From Haliotis rubra (taxonomy: Eukaryota): DNA of 64,000 bases. The position numbers and the translations under genes were made by a program. The notes beneath the pieces were generated by a model. It was not told the DNA's origin. It saw only the letters and a program-made list of their open reading frames with translations, and ran no database searches. Of the stretch, positions 1-12,900 are shown in pieces (positions within the stretch are counted from its first letter, which is position 1; each line of letters opens with the position of its first letter). The stretch lies in contig NW_025765324.1 of assembly GCF_003918875.1 (NCBI RefSeq), positions 24,041 through 88,040 of the forward strand. The letters run 5' to 3'.

Positions 1-2084
1 TTTCTCTTCTCTCTACGGCATGGTTTAACTGCATTTAAACAACTTCCAGTTACCCAACGTTTAACCAGTATTAAGCAAATATTAGATAGTAGTTTGGGAG
101 CTGTGTATCCATTACACATGTAATGGAGCAATGTAAAATCAGACATTATGATATATGTGCCTGAGACGAAATTACAAAATACGGGGCAATTGAAGCAACG
201 CGCTAGTACAGCGTCGCCACACTACAGCAGTATCACTGTGCTACAAGGGGTCACTATGCAAACATCTACGTGTAATACTGCAGCCTGTCCACACGATGAC
301 TGCATGCTTACTATACTGCAGAAATCCCAATACCCTAATATTCTCCCCGAATGTTAACAATCTCACCACACTGAAACAAAATACTACAATAGCTTTATTT
401 CCCAAATGTTATATACATATACTAGTGTCTTTTCACCAAGGGCCTGTCACTATCAATTGTCACAGCACGCATTTAGCTGTGTAAAACAAAGCACCGATGT
501 CTTCTGAAAACAGGATTAGGTTTCCCCTATGACATACAGCATGTTCCCTGGTATTTGTCGACTTTTCTTTGCATGTGTTTCTCACTGGTGTAGCAGAGGG
601 GTTAGGATACACTCACCTCCTTCGCGAACACTTTGTGTCATCACTATTTGATAGAAAGTCATGCACACTTTCCTAGGATATAGTCACAATCGTACAGTGG
701 ACTCTGCCTTTAGTGGATATTCCTGACAATTACATAAAGGGTTGTGTCGCTTTATTTTACACCTATTTTCTTTGAAGTAACTGTGGATTTCTTAATGATA
801 TCGATCTTCTGATGAAACAGAATTCGCTAATCATAAAGGGAACAATTGTACTGAAACATATACTGCTTATTAGCCAAGACACCAGGTGCTAGCCAACAGT
901 TTGTGGCTGTAAATTCGTTTTAATGTTTCATGACCTTTCCATTCGGTCCTTCTTGTGCCAAATTAAATAGATGTTGTCTTTGGATAATGGCTCAACAATT
1001 GCTACAATTCAATGTATATTTAATCACTGTTGCAAGTGATTCACTTCAACTTGTTTTAGGCTTCCGGAGAATGTTTGATCATAAACACCAGTAGAAAGAA
1101 GAAATAGAAAACTCGCCTCTACCCTTTACATATGGCCTTTACATCATGAAAACAGTCTTCTGTGTGTTCATAGATAATGTTACTGTTGCGTTAAAATCAA
1201 TCGTGTCCGATTTGATAAATCTGTACTTTTGATAGTGCATCCAGATAGAAATACTTCTCCTGTTAATTGCATCAGCGGTATGCAAACGGTTAGATTACAT
1301 CATGAAATCAAGAAGTAAACTTCCCATGGAGTGTACAAAATGATTGGTATTGCCATCAACTGTTATCGACTATTCATAGCATGTTCAATAGTAACTTATG
1401 ATTGTAGACCTTTTCATTTTGTTTGTGTGATACATAAACCGATAGCATATGCTAATGTAATGAAATTCCAACTGCTACGCAATCCCTTCTAGTATAGGCA
1501 GTAAGAATACTACAGCATGTGTTTGTTATTTATTCTTCAAGACCATGGTATCAATATTTGTTATCACAGAAACTTAGATATTCATCATCCAAAGGACAAT
1601 GCGTGTTCCGTAAAGAACACTCGCTCAATTTCTAGGACAGGTTACATACTTGCATTCGAATCGAATACTGTGCACACTAGCTACTATTAGATGACTTACT
1701 GCACCCCAACACGGAAATATGACTCAACTCCGGATATTTTCGGATTTCACTATGACATCATCAAGACCCTTCGTGGCAGCACAAATGGTATATTCGCATG
1801 AGACATGGAACCAAGTAAGAGATAGCCTGTATGAAATATGTCAAGCCTAAAATCCCTCCTCTCATATTCAATCTGATTTCGTCAGGACATTCTAAGCATA
1901 TTTCATTAGTTGACACCACTGCTGGAAGCAAAACTGATTACCAGTTAAGTGTTTGGATATCGTTGAATAACACATATATCCAGAGTTAATAATATGGAGA
2001 CATATAGTAACTCGTCCATTTTGTAAACATTGAATTCAGCTTTAAGATTCTCAAACAAAGCACAAATCGTTTGTATTTCAAGTT

Positions 2085-2090
2085 TTATTG
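2085..2090 (-). terminator. AATAAA poly(A) signal of Gly-rich gene copy 1, about 65 nt after the stop. Equivalents lie at 5445-5450 (-), 8788-8793 (-) and 15932-15937 (+).
   Basis: A canonical hexamer in the same position in all four copies. Confidence 0.5.
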
Positions 2091-2155
2091 AACCAATTGT
2101 ATTGTCATGAGTATACAAAATAAATAGTCTTCTTCACACTGCAGGTGACAGTAAC

Positions 2156-2761
2156 TCAGTAGTAGCCGATTCCTGAAACAGAAAAAATAGTTACATATAA
2201 AATTGGGATTTATGGAAAAGTAACATGGAAATGTTGAAACTGCTTGCACCATAAACTATACCAAGCATTTCAAACAGCTGACAACAGTTTTACAGATGTT
2301 TATCAACTGACAACAGCTTATTTGCATAAAATAGTACTAATAAATACATGGGTACATGATATCATTTTATAAAAGTGAAGTTTAAAATGGGATAACAGAA
2401 GAAAGAATGACAGCATGTGTTGTGAAATACCTTTTCCTAGTCCGATTCCGTAGCCTGCCATTCCGTAGAGACCACCATGGCCTCCAAGTCCTCCAAGTCC
2501 TCCAAGTCCTCCATACAGACCTCCCATGCCGTATCCGTATTTGCCTCCGTACAGACCGCCCATTCCTCCGTACAGACCGCCATAGCCTCCGTAAAGACCT
2601 CCCTGCATTCCACCTATTCCGTAGCCTATTCCGCCCATTCCGCCCATTCCGCCCATTCCTCCATACAACCCAGCCATTCCATATGCTCCATACAGACCGG
2701 TTGGCTCAGCAAAGGCGGTAACAGCCAGGCAGGCAACAAGGACGACGACTATTTTCATCAT
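2156..2761 (-). CDS. Secreted Gly/Tyr/Met-rich low-complexity protein (shematrin/prisilkin-like), copy 1. Exon 1 is 2761..2431, exon 2 is 2172..2156, and the product is about 115 aa.
   Basis: ATGATG lies at 2761-2756 (read on the minus strand). The N-terminus MMKIVVVLVACLAVTAFA-EP is a typical signal peptide. The body is GLYGG/GMGG/GLGG repeats. A GT donor sits directly after ...GLGKG (the codon is split g|gt). An acceptor ctgtttcag at 2181-2173 is followed by gaatcggctactactga, which yields ...GIGYY*. The in-frame C-terminus fits the repeat style of the protein. The antisense ORFs over this region are low-complexity artefacts. Confidence 0.7.
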
Positions 2762-3320
2762 TTTGAGTATCTGTTCAGTAACATAAAAATCATCTTCAAG
2801 ACAGGAAAACAACATGTTATCATTACTCGTCTGGAGAATTGACTTCACGCCACTCCTAATGAATAATGTTATCATTTGTCATTTCATATGCATCCACATA
2901 CTGGAAAATTTACAAGAACGGTAAATATTCCTTACTTATTCGTACTTTGATGAATTGGATCAATGTAAAAGTTGAAAAAGGAGAGGTGTGCAGCAGAAGA
3001 ACGAAAACTTCAAAGTATACATGTTTACCACAGGCAAACCTTGACCTGGTACTTACAGTTTGGTGTTAACACGTATCTGTGTCTTAACAGCAGGTGAAAA
3101 TAAGAGATGATAGAATACTTTCCCCTCTCCTATATATATACAATTGGTGGACTATATGTGATTGATTTACCTTGGGCTGGCCACTTCCAGGTAAGCAACA
3201 CACCTTAACGTTAATGATGTAAACTGATCATTCTATTCGCCTCAAAGGTTCTGCCTGAGGTTATCACCCTAAGGCTATACATGTGTGTTGGTATAGATGA
3301 ACGTTCATTTAGGAAGTAGA

Positions 3321-3334
3321 GGGCGGTATATAAT
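3321..3334. promoter_or_regulatory. GC-box (GGGCGG) directly abutting a TATA-like box (TATATAAT) at the unit 1/2 junction. Equivalent motifs lie at 6667-6680, 10017-10030, 14391-14410 and 14736-14750.
   Basis: Perfectly conserved in every unit. It lies about 560 bp upstream (on the minus strand) of the Gly-rich CDS and about 160 bp upstream of a strong donor site (caag|gtaaat, exon end 3171). This suggests a non-coding first exon and a 5'UTR intron. The TATA box is near-palindromic, so the orientation cannot be fixed from sequence alone. Confidence 0.45.
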
Positions 3335-5515
3335 AGGGCGAAGGTGTCTCTTCCTATCTTTCTCTCTCTCTACGGCATGGTTTAACTGCATTTAAACAAC
3401 TTCCAGTTACCCAACGTTTAACCAGTATTAAGCAAATATTAGATAGTAGTTTGGGAGCTGTGTATCCATTACACATGTAATGGAGCAATGTAAAATCAGA
3501 CATTATGATATATGTGCCTGAGACGAAATTACAAAATACGGGGCAATTGAAGCAACGCGCTAGTACAGCGTCGCCACACTACAGCAGTATCACTGTGCTA
3601 CAAGGGGTCACTATGCAAACATCTACGTGTAATACTGCAGCCTGTCCACACGATGACTGCATGCTTACTATACTGCAGAAATCCCAATACCCTAATATTC
3701 TCCCCGAATGTTAACAATCTCACCACACTGAAACAAAATACTACAATAGCTTTATTTCCCAAATGTTATATACATATACTAGTGTCTTTTCACCAAGGGC
3801 CTGTCACTATCAATTGTCACAGCACGCATTTAGCTGTAAAAAAACAAAGCACCGATGTCTTCTGAAAACAGGATTAGGTTTCCCCTATGACATACAGCAT
3901 GTTCCCTGGTATTTGTCGACTTTTCTTTGCATGTGTTTCTCACTGGTGTAGCAGAGGGGTTAGGATACACTCACCTCCTTCGCGAACACTTTGTGTCATC
4001 ACTATTTGATAGAAAGTCATGCACACTTTCCTAGGATATAGTCACAATCGTACAGTGGACTCTGCCTTTAGTGGATATTCCTGACAATTACATAAAGGGT
4101 TGTGTCGCTTTATTTTACACCTATTTTCTTTGAAGTAACTGTGGATTTCTTAATGATATCGATCTTCTGATGAAACAGAATTCGCTAATCATAAAGGGAA
4201 CAATTGTACTGAAACATATACTGCTTATTAGCCAAGACACCAGGTGCTAGCCAACAGTTTGTGGCTGTAAATTCTTTTTTAATGTTTCATGACCTTTCCA
4301 TTCGGTCCTTCTTGTGCCAAATTAAATAGATGTTGTCTTTGGATAATGGCTCAACAATTGCTACAATTCAATGTATATTTAATCACTGTTGCAAGTGATT
4401 CACTTCAACTTGTTTTAGGCTTCCGGAGAATGTTTGATCATAAACACCAGTAGAAAGAAGAAATAGAAAACTCGCCTCTACCCTTTACATATGGCCTTTA
4501 CATCATGAAAACAGTCTTCTGTGTGTTCATAGATAATGTTACTGTTGCGTTAAAATCAATCGTGTCCGATTTGATAAATCTGTACTTTTTGATAGTGCAT
4601 CCAGATAGAAATACTTCTCCTGTTAATTGCATCAGCGGTATGCAAACGGTTAGATTACATCATGAAATCAAGAAGTAAACTTCCCATGGAGTGTACAAAA
4701 TGATTGGTATTGCCATCAACTGTTATCGACTATTCATAGCATGTTCAATAGTAACTTATGATTGTAGACCTTTTCATTTTGTTTGTGTGATACATAAACC
4801 GATAGCATATGCTAATGTAATGAAATTCCAACTGCTACGCAATCCCTTCTAGTATAGGCAGTAAGAATACTACAGCATGTGTTTGTTATTTATTCTTCAA
4901 GACCATGGTATCAATATTTGTTATCACAGAAACTTAGATATTCATCATCCAAAGGACAATGCGTGTTCCGTAAAGAACACTCGCTCAATTTCTAGGACAG
5001 GTTACATACTTGCATTCGAATCGAATACTGTGCACACTAGCTACTATTAGATGACTTACTGCACCCCAACACGGAAATATGACTCAACTCCGGATATTTT
5101 CGGATTTCACTATGACATCATCAAGACCCTTCGTGGCAGCACAAATGGTATATTCGCATGAGACATGGAACCAAGTAAGAGATAGCCTGTATGAAATATG
5201 TCAAGCCTAAAATCCCTCCTCTCATATTCAATCTGATTTCGTCAGGACATTCTAAGCATATTTCATTAGTTGACACCACTGCTGGAAGCAAAACTGATTA
5301 CCAGTTAAGTGTTTGGATATCGTTGAATAACACATATATCCAGAGTTAATAATATGGAGACATATAGTAACTCGTCCATTTTGTAAACATTGAATTCAGC
5401 TTTAAGATTCTCAAACAAAGCACAAATCGTTTGTATTTCAAGTTTTATTGAACCAATTGTATTGTCATGAGTATACAAAATAAATAGTCTTCTTCACACT
5501 GCAGGTGACAGTAAC

Positions 5516-6103
5516 TCAGTAGTAGCCGATTCCTGAAACAGAAAAAATAGTTACATATAAAATTGGGATTTATGGAAAAGTAACATGGAAATGTTGAAAC
5601 TGCTTGCACCATAAACTATACCAAGCATTTCAAACAGCTGACAACAGTTTTACAGATGTTTATCAACTGACAACAGCTTATTTGCATAAAATAGTACTAA
5701 TAAATACATGGGTACATGATATCATTTTATAAAAGTGAAGTTTAAAATGGGATAACAGAAGAAAGAATGACAGCATGTGTTGTGAAATACCTTTTCCTAG
5801 TCCGATTCCGTAGCCTGCCATTCCGTAGAGACCACCATGGCCTCCAAGTCCTCCAAGTCCTCCATACAGACCTCCCATGCCGTATCCGTATTTGCCTCCG
5901 TACAGACCGCCCATTCCTCCGTACAGACCGCCATAGCCTCCGTAAAGACCTCCCTGCATTCCACCTATTCCGTAGCCTATTCCGCCCATTCCGCCCATTC
6001 CTCCATACAACCCAGCCATTCCATATGCTCCATACAGACCGGTTGGCTCAGCAAAGGCGGTAACAGCCAGGCAGGCAACAAGGACGACGACTATTTTCAT
6101 CAT
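5516..6103 (-). CDS. Gly/Tyr/Met-rich secreted protein, copy 2. Exon 1 is 6103..5791, exon 2 is 5532..5516, about 109 aa. It has one fewer GMGG and one fewer GLGG than copy 1.
   Basis: Same structure as copy 1 at an offset of about 3360 bp. It differs from copy 1 only by in-frame 9-nt repeat-unit indels. Confidence 0.7.
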
Positions 6104-8859
6104 TTTGAGTATCTGTTCAGTAACATAAAAATCATCTTCAAGACAGGAAAACAACATGTTATCATTACTCGTCTGGAGAATTGACTTCACGCCACTCCTA
6201 ATGAATAATGTTATCATTTGTCATTTCATATGCATCCACATACTGGAAAATTTACAAGAACGGTAAATATTCCTTACTTATTCGTACTTTGATGAATTGG
6301 ATCAATGTAAAAGTTGAAAAAGGAGAGGTGTGCAGCAGAAGAACGAAAACTTCAAAGTATACATGTTTACCACAGGCAAACCTTGACCTGGTACTTACAG
6401 TTTGGTGTTAACACGTATCTGTGTCTTAACAGCAGGTGAAAATAAGAGATGATAGAATACTTTCCCCCCTCTCCTATATATATATACAATTGGTGGACTA
6501 TATGTGATTGATATACCTTGGGCTGGCCACTTCCAGGTAAGCAACACACCTTAACGTTAATGATGTAAACTGATCATTCTATTCGCCTCAAAGGTTCTGC
6601 CTGAGGTTATCACCCTAAGGCTATACATGTGTGTTGGTATAGATGAACGTTCATTTAGGAAGTAGAGGGCGGTATATAATAGGGCGAAGGTGTCTCTTCC
6701 TATCTTTCTCTTCTCTCTACGGCATGGTTTAACTGCATTTAAACAACTTCCAGTTACCCAACGTTTAACCAGTATTAAGCAAATATTAGATAGTAGTTTG
6801 GGAGCTGTGTATCCATTACACATGTAATGGAGCAATGTAAAATCAGACATTATGATATATGTGCCTGAGACGAAATTACAAAATACGGGGCAATTGAAGC
6901 AACGCGCTAGTACAGCGTCGCCACACTACAGCAGTATCACTGTGCTACAAGGGGTAACTATGCAAACATCTACGTGTAATACTGCAGCCTGTCCACACGA
7001 TGACTGCATGCTTACTATACTGCAGAAATCCCAATACCCTAATATTCTCCCCGAATGTTAACAATCTCACCACACTGAAACAAAATACTACAATAGCTTT
7101 ATTTCCCAAATGTTATATACATATACTAGTGTCTTTTCACCAAGGGCCTGTCACTATCAATTGTCACAGCACGCATTTAGCTGTAAAAAACAAAGCACCG
7201 ATGTCTTCTGAAAACAGGATTAGGTTTCCCCTATGACATACAGCATGTTCCCTGGTATTTGTCGACTTTTCTTTGCATGTGTTTCTCACTGGTGTAGCAG
7301 AGGGGTTAGGATACACTCACCTCCTTCGCGAACACTTTGTGTCATCACTATTTGATAGAAAGTCATGCACACTTTCCTAGGATATAGTCACAATCGTACA
7401 GTGGACTCTGCCTTTAGTGGATATTCCTGACAATTACATAAAGGGTTGTGTCGCTTTATTTTACACCTATTTTCTTTGAAGTAACTGTGGATTTCTTAAT
7501 GATATCGATCTTCTGATGAAACAGAATTCGCTAATCATAAAGGGAACAATTGTACTGAACACATACTGCTTATTAGCCAAGACACCAGGTGCTAGCCAAC
7601 AGTTTGTGGCTGTAAATTCGTTTTTAATGTTTCATGACCTTTCCATTCGGTCCTTCTTGTGCCAAATTAAATAGATGTTGTCTTTGGATAATGGCTCAAC
7701 AATTGCTACAATTCAATGTATATTTAATCACTGTTGCAAGTGATTCACTTCAACTTGTTTTAGGCTTCCGGAGAATGTTTGATCATAAACACCAGTAGAA
7801 AGAAGAAATAGAAAACTCGCCTCTACCCTTTACATATGGCCTTTACATCATGAAAACAGTCTTCTGTGTGTTCATAGATAATGTTACTGTTGCGTTAAAA
7901 TCAATCGTGTCCGATTTGATAAATCTGTACTTTTGATAGTGCATCCAGATAGAAATACTTCTCCTGTTAATTGCATCAGCGGTATGCAAACGGTTAGATT
8001 ACATCATGAAATCAAGAAGTAAACTTCCCATGGAGTGTACAAAATGATTGGTATTGCCATCAACTGTTATCGACTATTCATAGCATGTTCAATAGTAACT
8101 TATGATTGTAGACCTTTTCATTTTGTTTGTGTGATACATAAACCGATAGCATATGCTAATGTAATGAAATTCCAACTGCTACGCAATCCCTTCTAGTATA
8201 GGCAGTAAGAATACTACAGCATGTGTTTGTTATTTATTCTTCAAGACCATGGTATCAATATTTGTTATCACAGAAACTTAGATATTCATCATCCAAAGGA
8301 CAATGCGTGTTCCGTAAAGAACACTCGCTCAATTTCTAGGACAGGTTACATACTTGCATTCGAATCGAATACTGTGCACACTAGCTACTATTAGATGACT
8401 TACTGCACCCCAACACGGAAATATGACTCAACTCCGGATATTTTCGGATTTCACTATGACATCATCAAGACCCTTCGTGGCAGCACAAATGGTATATTCG
8501 CATGAGACATGGAACCAAGTAAGAGATAGCCTGTATGAAATATGTCAAGCCTAAAATCCCTCCTCTCATATTCAATCTGATTTCGTCAGGACATTCTAAG
8601 CATATTTCATTAGTTGACACCACTGCTGGAAGCAAAACTGATTACCAGTTAAGTGTTTGGATATCGTTGAATAACACATATATCCAGAGTTAATAATATG
8701 GAGACATATAGTAACTCGTCCATTTTGTAAACATTGAATTCAGCTTTAAGATTCTCAAACAAAGCACAAATCGTTTGTATTTCAAGTTTTATTGAACCAA
8801 TTGTATTGTCATGAGTATACAAAATAAATAGTCTTCTTCACACTGCAGGTGACAGTAAC

Positions 8860-9455
8860 TCAGTAGTAGCCGATTCCTGAAACAGAAAAATAGTTACATA
8901 TAAAATTGGGATTTATGGAAAAGTAACATGGAAATGTTGAAACTGCTTGCACCATAAACTATACCAAGCATTTCAAACAGCTGACAACAGTTTTACAGAT
9001 GTTTATCAACTGACAACAGCTTATTTGCATAAAATAGTACTAATAAATACATGGGTACATGATATCATTTTATAAAAGTGAAGTTTAAAATGGGATAACA
9101 GAAGAAAGAATGACAGCATGTGTTGTGAAATACCTTTTCCTAGTCCGATTCCGTAGCCTGCCATTCCGTAGAGACCACCAAGTCCTCCAAGTCCTCCAAG
9201 TCCTCCATACAGACCTCCCATGCCGTATCCGTATTTGCCTCCGTACAGACCGCCCATTCCTCCGTACAGACCGCCATAGCCTCCGTAAAGACCTCCCTGC
9301 ATTCCACCTATTCCGTAGCCTATTCCGCCCATTCCGCCCATTCCGCCCATTCCTCCATACAACCCAGCCATTCCATATGCTCCATACAGACCGGTTGGCT
9401 CAGCAAAGGCGGTAACAGCCAGGCAGGCAACAAGGACGACGACTATTTTCATCAT
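8860..9455 (-). CDS. Gly/Tyr/Met-rich secreted protein, copy 3. Exon 1 is 9455..9134, exon 2 is 8876..8860, about 112 aa.
   Basis: Same structure as copies 1 and 2. It lacks the HGG motif and has a different count of Leu-Gly-Gly units. Confidence 0.7.
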
Positions 9456-9989
9456 TTTGAGTATCTGTTCAGTAACATAAAAATCATCTTCAAGACAGGA
9501 AAACAACATGTTATCATTACTCGTCTGGAGAATTGACTTCACGCCACTCCTAATGAATAATGTTATCATTTGTCATTTCATATGCATCCACATACTGGAA
9601 AATTTACAAGAACGGTAAATATTCCTTACTTATTCGTACTTTGATGAATTGGATCAATGTAAAAGTTGAAAAAGGAGAGGTGTGCAGCAGAAGAACGAAA
9701 ACTTCAAAGTATACATGTTTACCACAGGCAATACCTTGACCTGGTACTTACAGTTTGGTGTTAACACGTATCTGTGTCTTAACAGCAGGTGAAAATAAGA
9801 GATGATAGAATACTTTCCCCCTCTCCTATATATATACAATTGGTGGACTATATGTGATTGATTTACCTTGGGCTGGCCACTTCCAGGTAAGCAACACACC
9901 TTAACGTTAATGATGTAAACTGATCATTCTATTCGCCTCAAAGGTTCTGCCTGAGGTTATCACCCTAAGGCTATACATGTGTGTTGGTA

Positions 9990-12900
9990 TAGATGAACGT
10001 TCATTTAGGAAGTAGAGGGCGGTATATAATAGGGCGAAGGTGTCTCTTCCTATCTTTCTCCTCTCTCTACGGCATGGTTTAACTGCATTTAAACAACTTC
10101 CAGTTACCCAACGTTTAACCAGTATTAAGCAAATATTAGATAGTAGTTTGGGAGCTGTGTATCCATTACACATGTAATGGAGCAATGTAAAATCAGACAT
10201 TATGATATATGTGCCTGAGACGAAATTACAAAATACGGGGCAACTGAAGCAACGCGCTAGTACAGCGTCGCCACACTACAGCAGTATCACTGTGCTACAA
10301 GGGGTCACTATGCAAACATCTACGTGTAATACTGCAGCCTGTCCACACGATGACTGCATGCTTACTATACTGCAGAAATCCCAATACCCTAATATTCTCC
10401 CCGAATGTTAACAATCTCACCACACTGAAACAAAATACTACAATAGCTTTATTTCCCAAATGTTATATATAAGGTTCTGCCTAGGGTTATTACCCTAAGG
10501 GCATACAAGAGTGTTGGTATACATGAACAGTCACTTAAGGTTGCTTCACACTTATTTCGAATTTACAGCAATCGGGGAGAATCGGCCAGAAAAAAATAGT
10601 TCCAAAATTCGAACCGCATTCGTGAGACAATTTTTTCAAGCTTTGCTATCTGACGTTTCTGTGACAGATGGTGACGTTTTTATGCGATTCGGCGGTGTTC
10701 TGATGACGGCAGGGCTCATTTGAAGAGCATTCGGGACATTCTGAATGCATTCCAGGTGTATTCGAGGTACATTGGAGCTGTATTTCAACTTCAATCGAAA
10801 TGTTCCGATACATTTGAAGAATATTTGAACTCCAGCAGCAATCAAGATACATTCCGACTCATTCGAGGCATTCTGACAGGATTTGAAGTGGCTTGTCTTT
10901 TCTATTCTCCCTCGAATATGTTCAGATTACTTAGAATGCAGTCAGAATGCAGTAAGAATACTTAGAATGCAGTTCGAATGCACCTCAAAAGCCGGTCGAT
11001 ATTTTTCCACTTCGAATGTACCTCGAAAGTTTTGAACATGTTCAAAACATTCGGGCATATTATATTACATGAATTGACCCGAATAGTTGGAATGCATTCG
11101 GAATGCAGTAAGAAGTTTTAGAATTCAGTTCGAATATCCAGGAATCTCCAGAAATTTTCATTCCGACAGCATTCCGGCTCATTCCGCCGTAATGTACTAC
11201 GAGTGAGACTTTAATAAACCTGTGTGTCTGCCGTATGTACAGCCGGTTAATGAAGCAAAAACAAGTACAATTACCTAATCCGTTATCGATAATTGATGTT
11301 CGGAGTCGGAGACTGAAGCATCGGATTAATGAATCAACAATTGATGTGTTTCTACAGTAAATAAGATTGGTTACAGCTTGAGTCAGTTCAGATAGCGAGG
11401 GAATCGGATTATTGGGGACCGGACTAAGGCGGCCTGACTGTATTATTATTCCGGCGTTTTTACTTCCAATCATAACTCAAGAACCAATTAGATGCGTTTC
11501 CAAAACATCATCAAGGTGCCCCTGCAGTCCCGTAGCACGTAAGAGTAAGGAGAGAAAAGGAAAACATGATTCCTTGAAGCCAAGGAGCCATATTGATTAA
11601 GTCGTATCACCAGCGGGCTGTGCAAACACCGTTCGGTTCAGCTAAGGCCACTAAAGAGAAAGTGCCCTTGACAGTTGGAACAACGGGTTCTTGTTCCTTA
11701 AGAATATTTTTCCCGTGGTATCAAATTATATTCTATGATCCATTATTATGAGCTGTGAAAGAAATTGAATCCAAATCAAATCACATAACTTCTATTTGTA
11801 AATCTCTACACTGGAATCATGTTCCATCTCACAATAACTTTCATATCATCCGAATTCTCAAAGGGTAACCTGGTACTAAAGGACCAATTCACATATAGAA
11901 CACGGAGCCTACATCGCTGCTCTCAGCTATATTTTGACCTGAAATTGAATTATTAAAATCAATTTTGAATTATCTGCCCTTTGTCCTTGAACCTTGAACC
12001 TTGAACCTAGAGATGTTTGTGGTAAGCTTCAGGAACAGGTACACCTTGTTGTTTTTGTGATGAGATTCTGACCTCTGTTTTTTTAGTATGATTGGAACAA
12101 AAAACGGCGGAATAATGATACTAATAAATAATAAATCGAACGATTACAATAGGACTCCTGCCTTTCAGGCATGGAGCCCTAAAAAAATACAGAAAAGGAC
12201 AAAAGACAACACATATGAAAACTATATTCCAACTATCTCTCCAACAAAGGTCGTATCTTCACAAAACAATATAGCGGTATCAGTAACAATTTCTGGTGTC
12301 TCCCGCCGTGATATTGCTGGAATATTGCTAAAAGCGGCGTAAAATCATACTCACTCACTCACTCACTCACAAAACAACATAGCGGTATCAGTAACGATGC
12401 ACATGGTTATAATATCACATATGTAGATGAAAGTTTCTTCTACGTAAAAGAAGGGATCTTCTATGTAGATGAAAGTATCTTGTTTGTTTTAGTTCAACAC
12501 CGCACTCAGCAATATTGTGCACAACCATGTGACTGCTGTCTCTAAATAATCGAGTATGGACCAGATATTGTGTGGACCAGAGACTCACTTCATGGGCATC
12601 GATCTACGCATCTGTAATACGATGTCATGCATCAACCAAGGCGGCGAGCCTGTGACCACCCAATCTCGTGGTCACAGCATGTGTTGATGAAGTCCAATTC
12701 AGACCCGGGAAAGAGAGTGAGTTTAGTTTAACGCTGCACCCAGCAATATTCCAGCTATCTGTAAATAATCGACTCTGGAATTCATACCTGGATCTTCACG
12801 GGTAATCACTTACGTAGATAAAAGTGTCTTCAACGTAGATGAAAGTATCATCTACTTAGACGAAAGTATCTTTAAAGAAGGTGACAAAAACAATGAAGAC

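Larger units (their letters stand above)
1..10465. repeat. Direct tandem array of a ~3.35-kb unit. Unit 1 runs 1-3357 (truncated by the window start), unit 2 about 3358-6704, unit 3 about 6705-10054, and the first ~417 bp of unit 4 about 10055-10465.
   Basis: The same landmark string (tacggcatgg) recurs at 14, 3371, 6718 and 10068, giving periods of 3357, 3347 and 3350 bp. Identical ORFs recur in every unit, and visible differences are limited to a few indels and SNPs, so units are about 99% identical by eye. Confidence 0.95.

Noticed and set aside
148-484. ORFs MIYVPETKLQ… and MTACLLYCRNP… recurring in each unit (and on the opposite strand in the inverted copy).
   Set aside because: They are short, with no signal peptide, domain or splice context. 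Their recurrence reflects unit identity, not selection. They more likely lie within a non-coding 5' region or intron of the unit.
2407-2842. Plus-strand ORFs antisense to the Gly-rich gene (MTACVVKY…, MASKSSKSS…), repeated in every unit.
   Set aside because: They are reverse-complement low-complexity frames of the GGxGG-coding repeat. They are conserved only because the units are identical.
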